A program made the translations under genes and the position numbers. From NCBI GenBank assembly GCA_028282585.1, contig JANQHR010000001.1:1-29888 (forward strand): 29,888 nucleotides of DNA. Direction: 5' to 3'. This document shows, piece after piece, positions 28,577 to 29,888 of the stretch (positions are counted from its first letter, which is position 1; each line of letters opens with the position of its first letter). The notes beneath the pieces were generated by a model. The model saw only the letters and a program-made list of their open reading frames with translations, did no database searches and was not told where the DNA came from. Source of the DNA: Bacteroidales bacterium. GTDB taxonomy: Bacteria > Bacteroidota > Bacteroidia > Bacteroidales > UBA12077.

Positions 28577-28730
28577 GCTTACAACTAGAACATATAAAAA
28601 TAGCATATTGTATAATTAACGGTGGGCTATATGCTAATATTGAACGTATAAATATAAAACTTTAGGTTATACAAAGCCGAAATGGTTAATGAGCAAAAAT
28701 TCCTACTACTTATAAACAAAATCGTTAAAA
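28577..28730 (+). repeat. Degenerate attC-like palindromic element
   Basis: GCTTACAAC shortly after the stop codon and CGTTAAAA at the far end. Inner arms TATAAAAATAG and CTACTACTTATA are near-complementary with one extra base. Confidence 0.4.
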
Positions 28731-28740
28731 AAGAGAAATT

Positions 28741-29888
28741 TTAATAAATCGTATTCTTATTCATTCGAACTATTTTCTTTAGCATTCCATTAAATATCAA
28801 AAAATGAAAGGGCCATAACAGATACCAGTAAAGTCTGCCTGTTAATCCTCTTGGTCTAAAAGTTGCTTTTTGAATAAAGATTTCATCATCTTCAATATGA
28901 TTTATACTAAATTCCAACCACGCTTCTCCTGGCAATTTCATTTCAGCAAATAAAAGTAACCTTCTATTTTTTTTATCGGCCATAAGTACTCTCCAAAAAT
29001 CAAGCGCATCCCCGGTATAAATGTTTTTTTGATTTGTACGTCCTCTTCTTAAACCAACCCCACCAAAAGCTTTATCAATTAAACCCCTAATTTGCCACAA
29101 ATAATTAGCAAAATACCATCCATTATTTCCTCCAATTTTCCAGATCTTATCTATAACCTTTTCACTCCTACCGGTAACTATCGCTTTTCGCTCATCTATA
29201 AAACATCCAAAACTTGGAACCTGAATATAATCTAAAATATTAGGATTATCACTCGTAATTAATGCATCCTTCCAACTGGAAACCACCATATTTTGCTCTA
29301 TTGTCGAAAAAGAATCTTTAACAGCAGACTTGAAGTCAATAAGCTTTATTCCCAATTCACTTGCTAAATCATTTTTATTTGCAATAACTTCAACCTTCAT
29401 ACTATTTACTAAATTGACGGCTAACTTGTATGATGTAGCTGTTACAAAATATAACCAATATGAGGATAACCTAGGAGTCATAACAGGCAAAGTAATTACC
29501 AATCTTTTTAAGCCTCTTACTTCTGCAAACTTTAATAGCATGTTTTTGTAAGTAAGCACTTCCGGTCCCCCAATATCATAAGATTTATTAAATGTTGATA
29601 TTCTATTTATTACACCTGTTAAAAATTGAATAACATTTTTGACTGCAATTGGTTGTGATTTTGTTTTTAACCATTTTGGAGTAATCATTATTGGTAATTT
29701 TTCAACTAAATCACGAATTATTTCAAACGATGCACTACCTGATCCAATTATTATTCCTGCTCTAAGTGTGGTAACTGGAATTTCCGAAGATTTTAAAATG
29801 TTTTCAACGTTTTGTCTTGATGAAAGATGTTCTGATAAAGATTCGCTATTTACTATACCACTTAAATAAATTACTTGTTTAACTCCAG
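28741..29888 (-). CDS. YbjT-like atypical SDR (NAD(P)-binding) with C-terminal DUF2867; 5' end outside the window
   Basis: Frame is open to the window edge (GVKQVIYLSG...HLSSR..VE...LRAGIIIGSGSASFEIIRDLVEKLP), then IGG..GW, GD.LDFWRV, AEMKLPGEAWLEF. Confidence 0.9.
   Translation of the reverse strand, partial: GVKQVIYLSGIVNSESLSEHLSSRQNVENILKSSEIPVTTLRAGIIIGSGSASFEIIRDLVEKLPIMITPKWLKTKSQPIAVKNVIQFLTGVINRISTFNKSYDIGGPEVLTYKNMLLKFAEVRGLKRLVITLPVMTPRLSSYWLYFVTATSYKLAVNLVNSMKVEVIANKNDLASELGIKLIDFKSAVKDSFSTIEQNMVVSSWKDALITSDNPNILDYIQVPSFGCFIDERKAIVTGRSEKVIDKIWKIGGNNGWYFANYLWQIRGLIDKAFGGVGLRRGRTNQKNIYTGDALDFWRVLMADKKNRRLLLFAEMKLPGEAWLEFSINHIEDDEIFIQKATFRPRGLTGRLYWYLLWPFHFLIFNGMLKKIVRMNKNTIY

Overview
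AT-rich Bacteroidota chromosomal segment, probably Bacteroidales/Marinilabiliales-like, judged from TAnnTTTG promoters, eukaryote-type ProRS and the DUF349-pyrG-yidC gene order. The left edge holds the 3' end of an IS5-like element that appears to interrupt a small Cys-rich (DUF3795-like) gene. Core genes follow (dciA-like, recF, TPR protein, ribH), then a tRNA Thr-Tyr-Gly cluster. Next is an accessory block of about 11 kb: an HUH tyrosine transposase bracketed by mirror-image REP-like hairpins; an orphan MacB/FtsX permease divergent from an NtrC/NtrY-type pair, with a visible tandem enhancer and sigma54-like promoter; and an OmpR-type two-component pair followed by five helically phased GTCA repeats in front of a secreted TonB-CTD-like mini-protein and two non-catalytic tandem jelly-roll (lectin-like) proteins. 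That last module is the best candidate for an undescribed system. The right half holds eamA-like, yidC, pyrG, DUF349, a FadL-like barrel with a low-complexity Tyr/Ser/Arg-rich lipoprotein (sigma54-like promoter, perfect Shine-Dalgarno), proS, a hypothetical gene, a GRAM/PH-like gene behind a second enhancer/sigma54 promoter, a serine hydrolase followed by an attC-like remnant, and a 5'-truncated YbjT-like SDR. All family calls are by motif recognition only; no database search was run.
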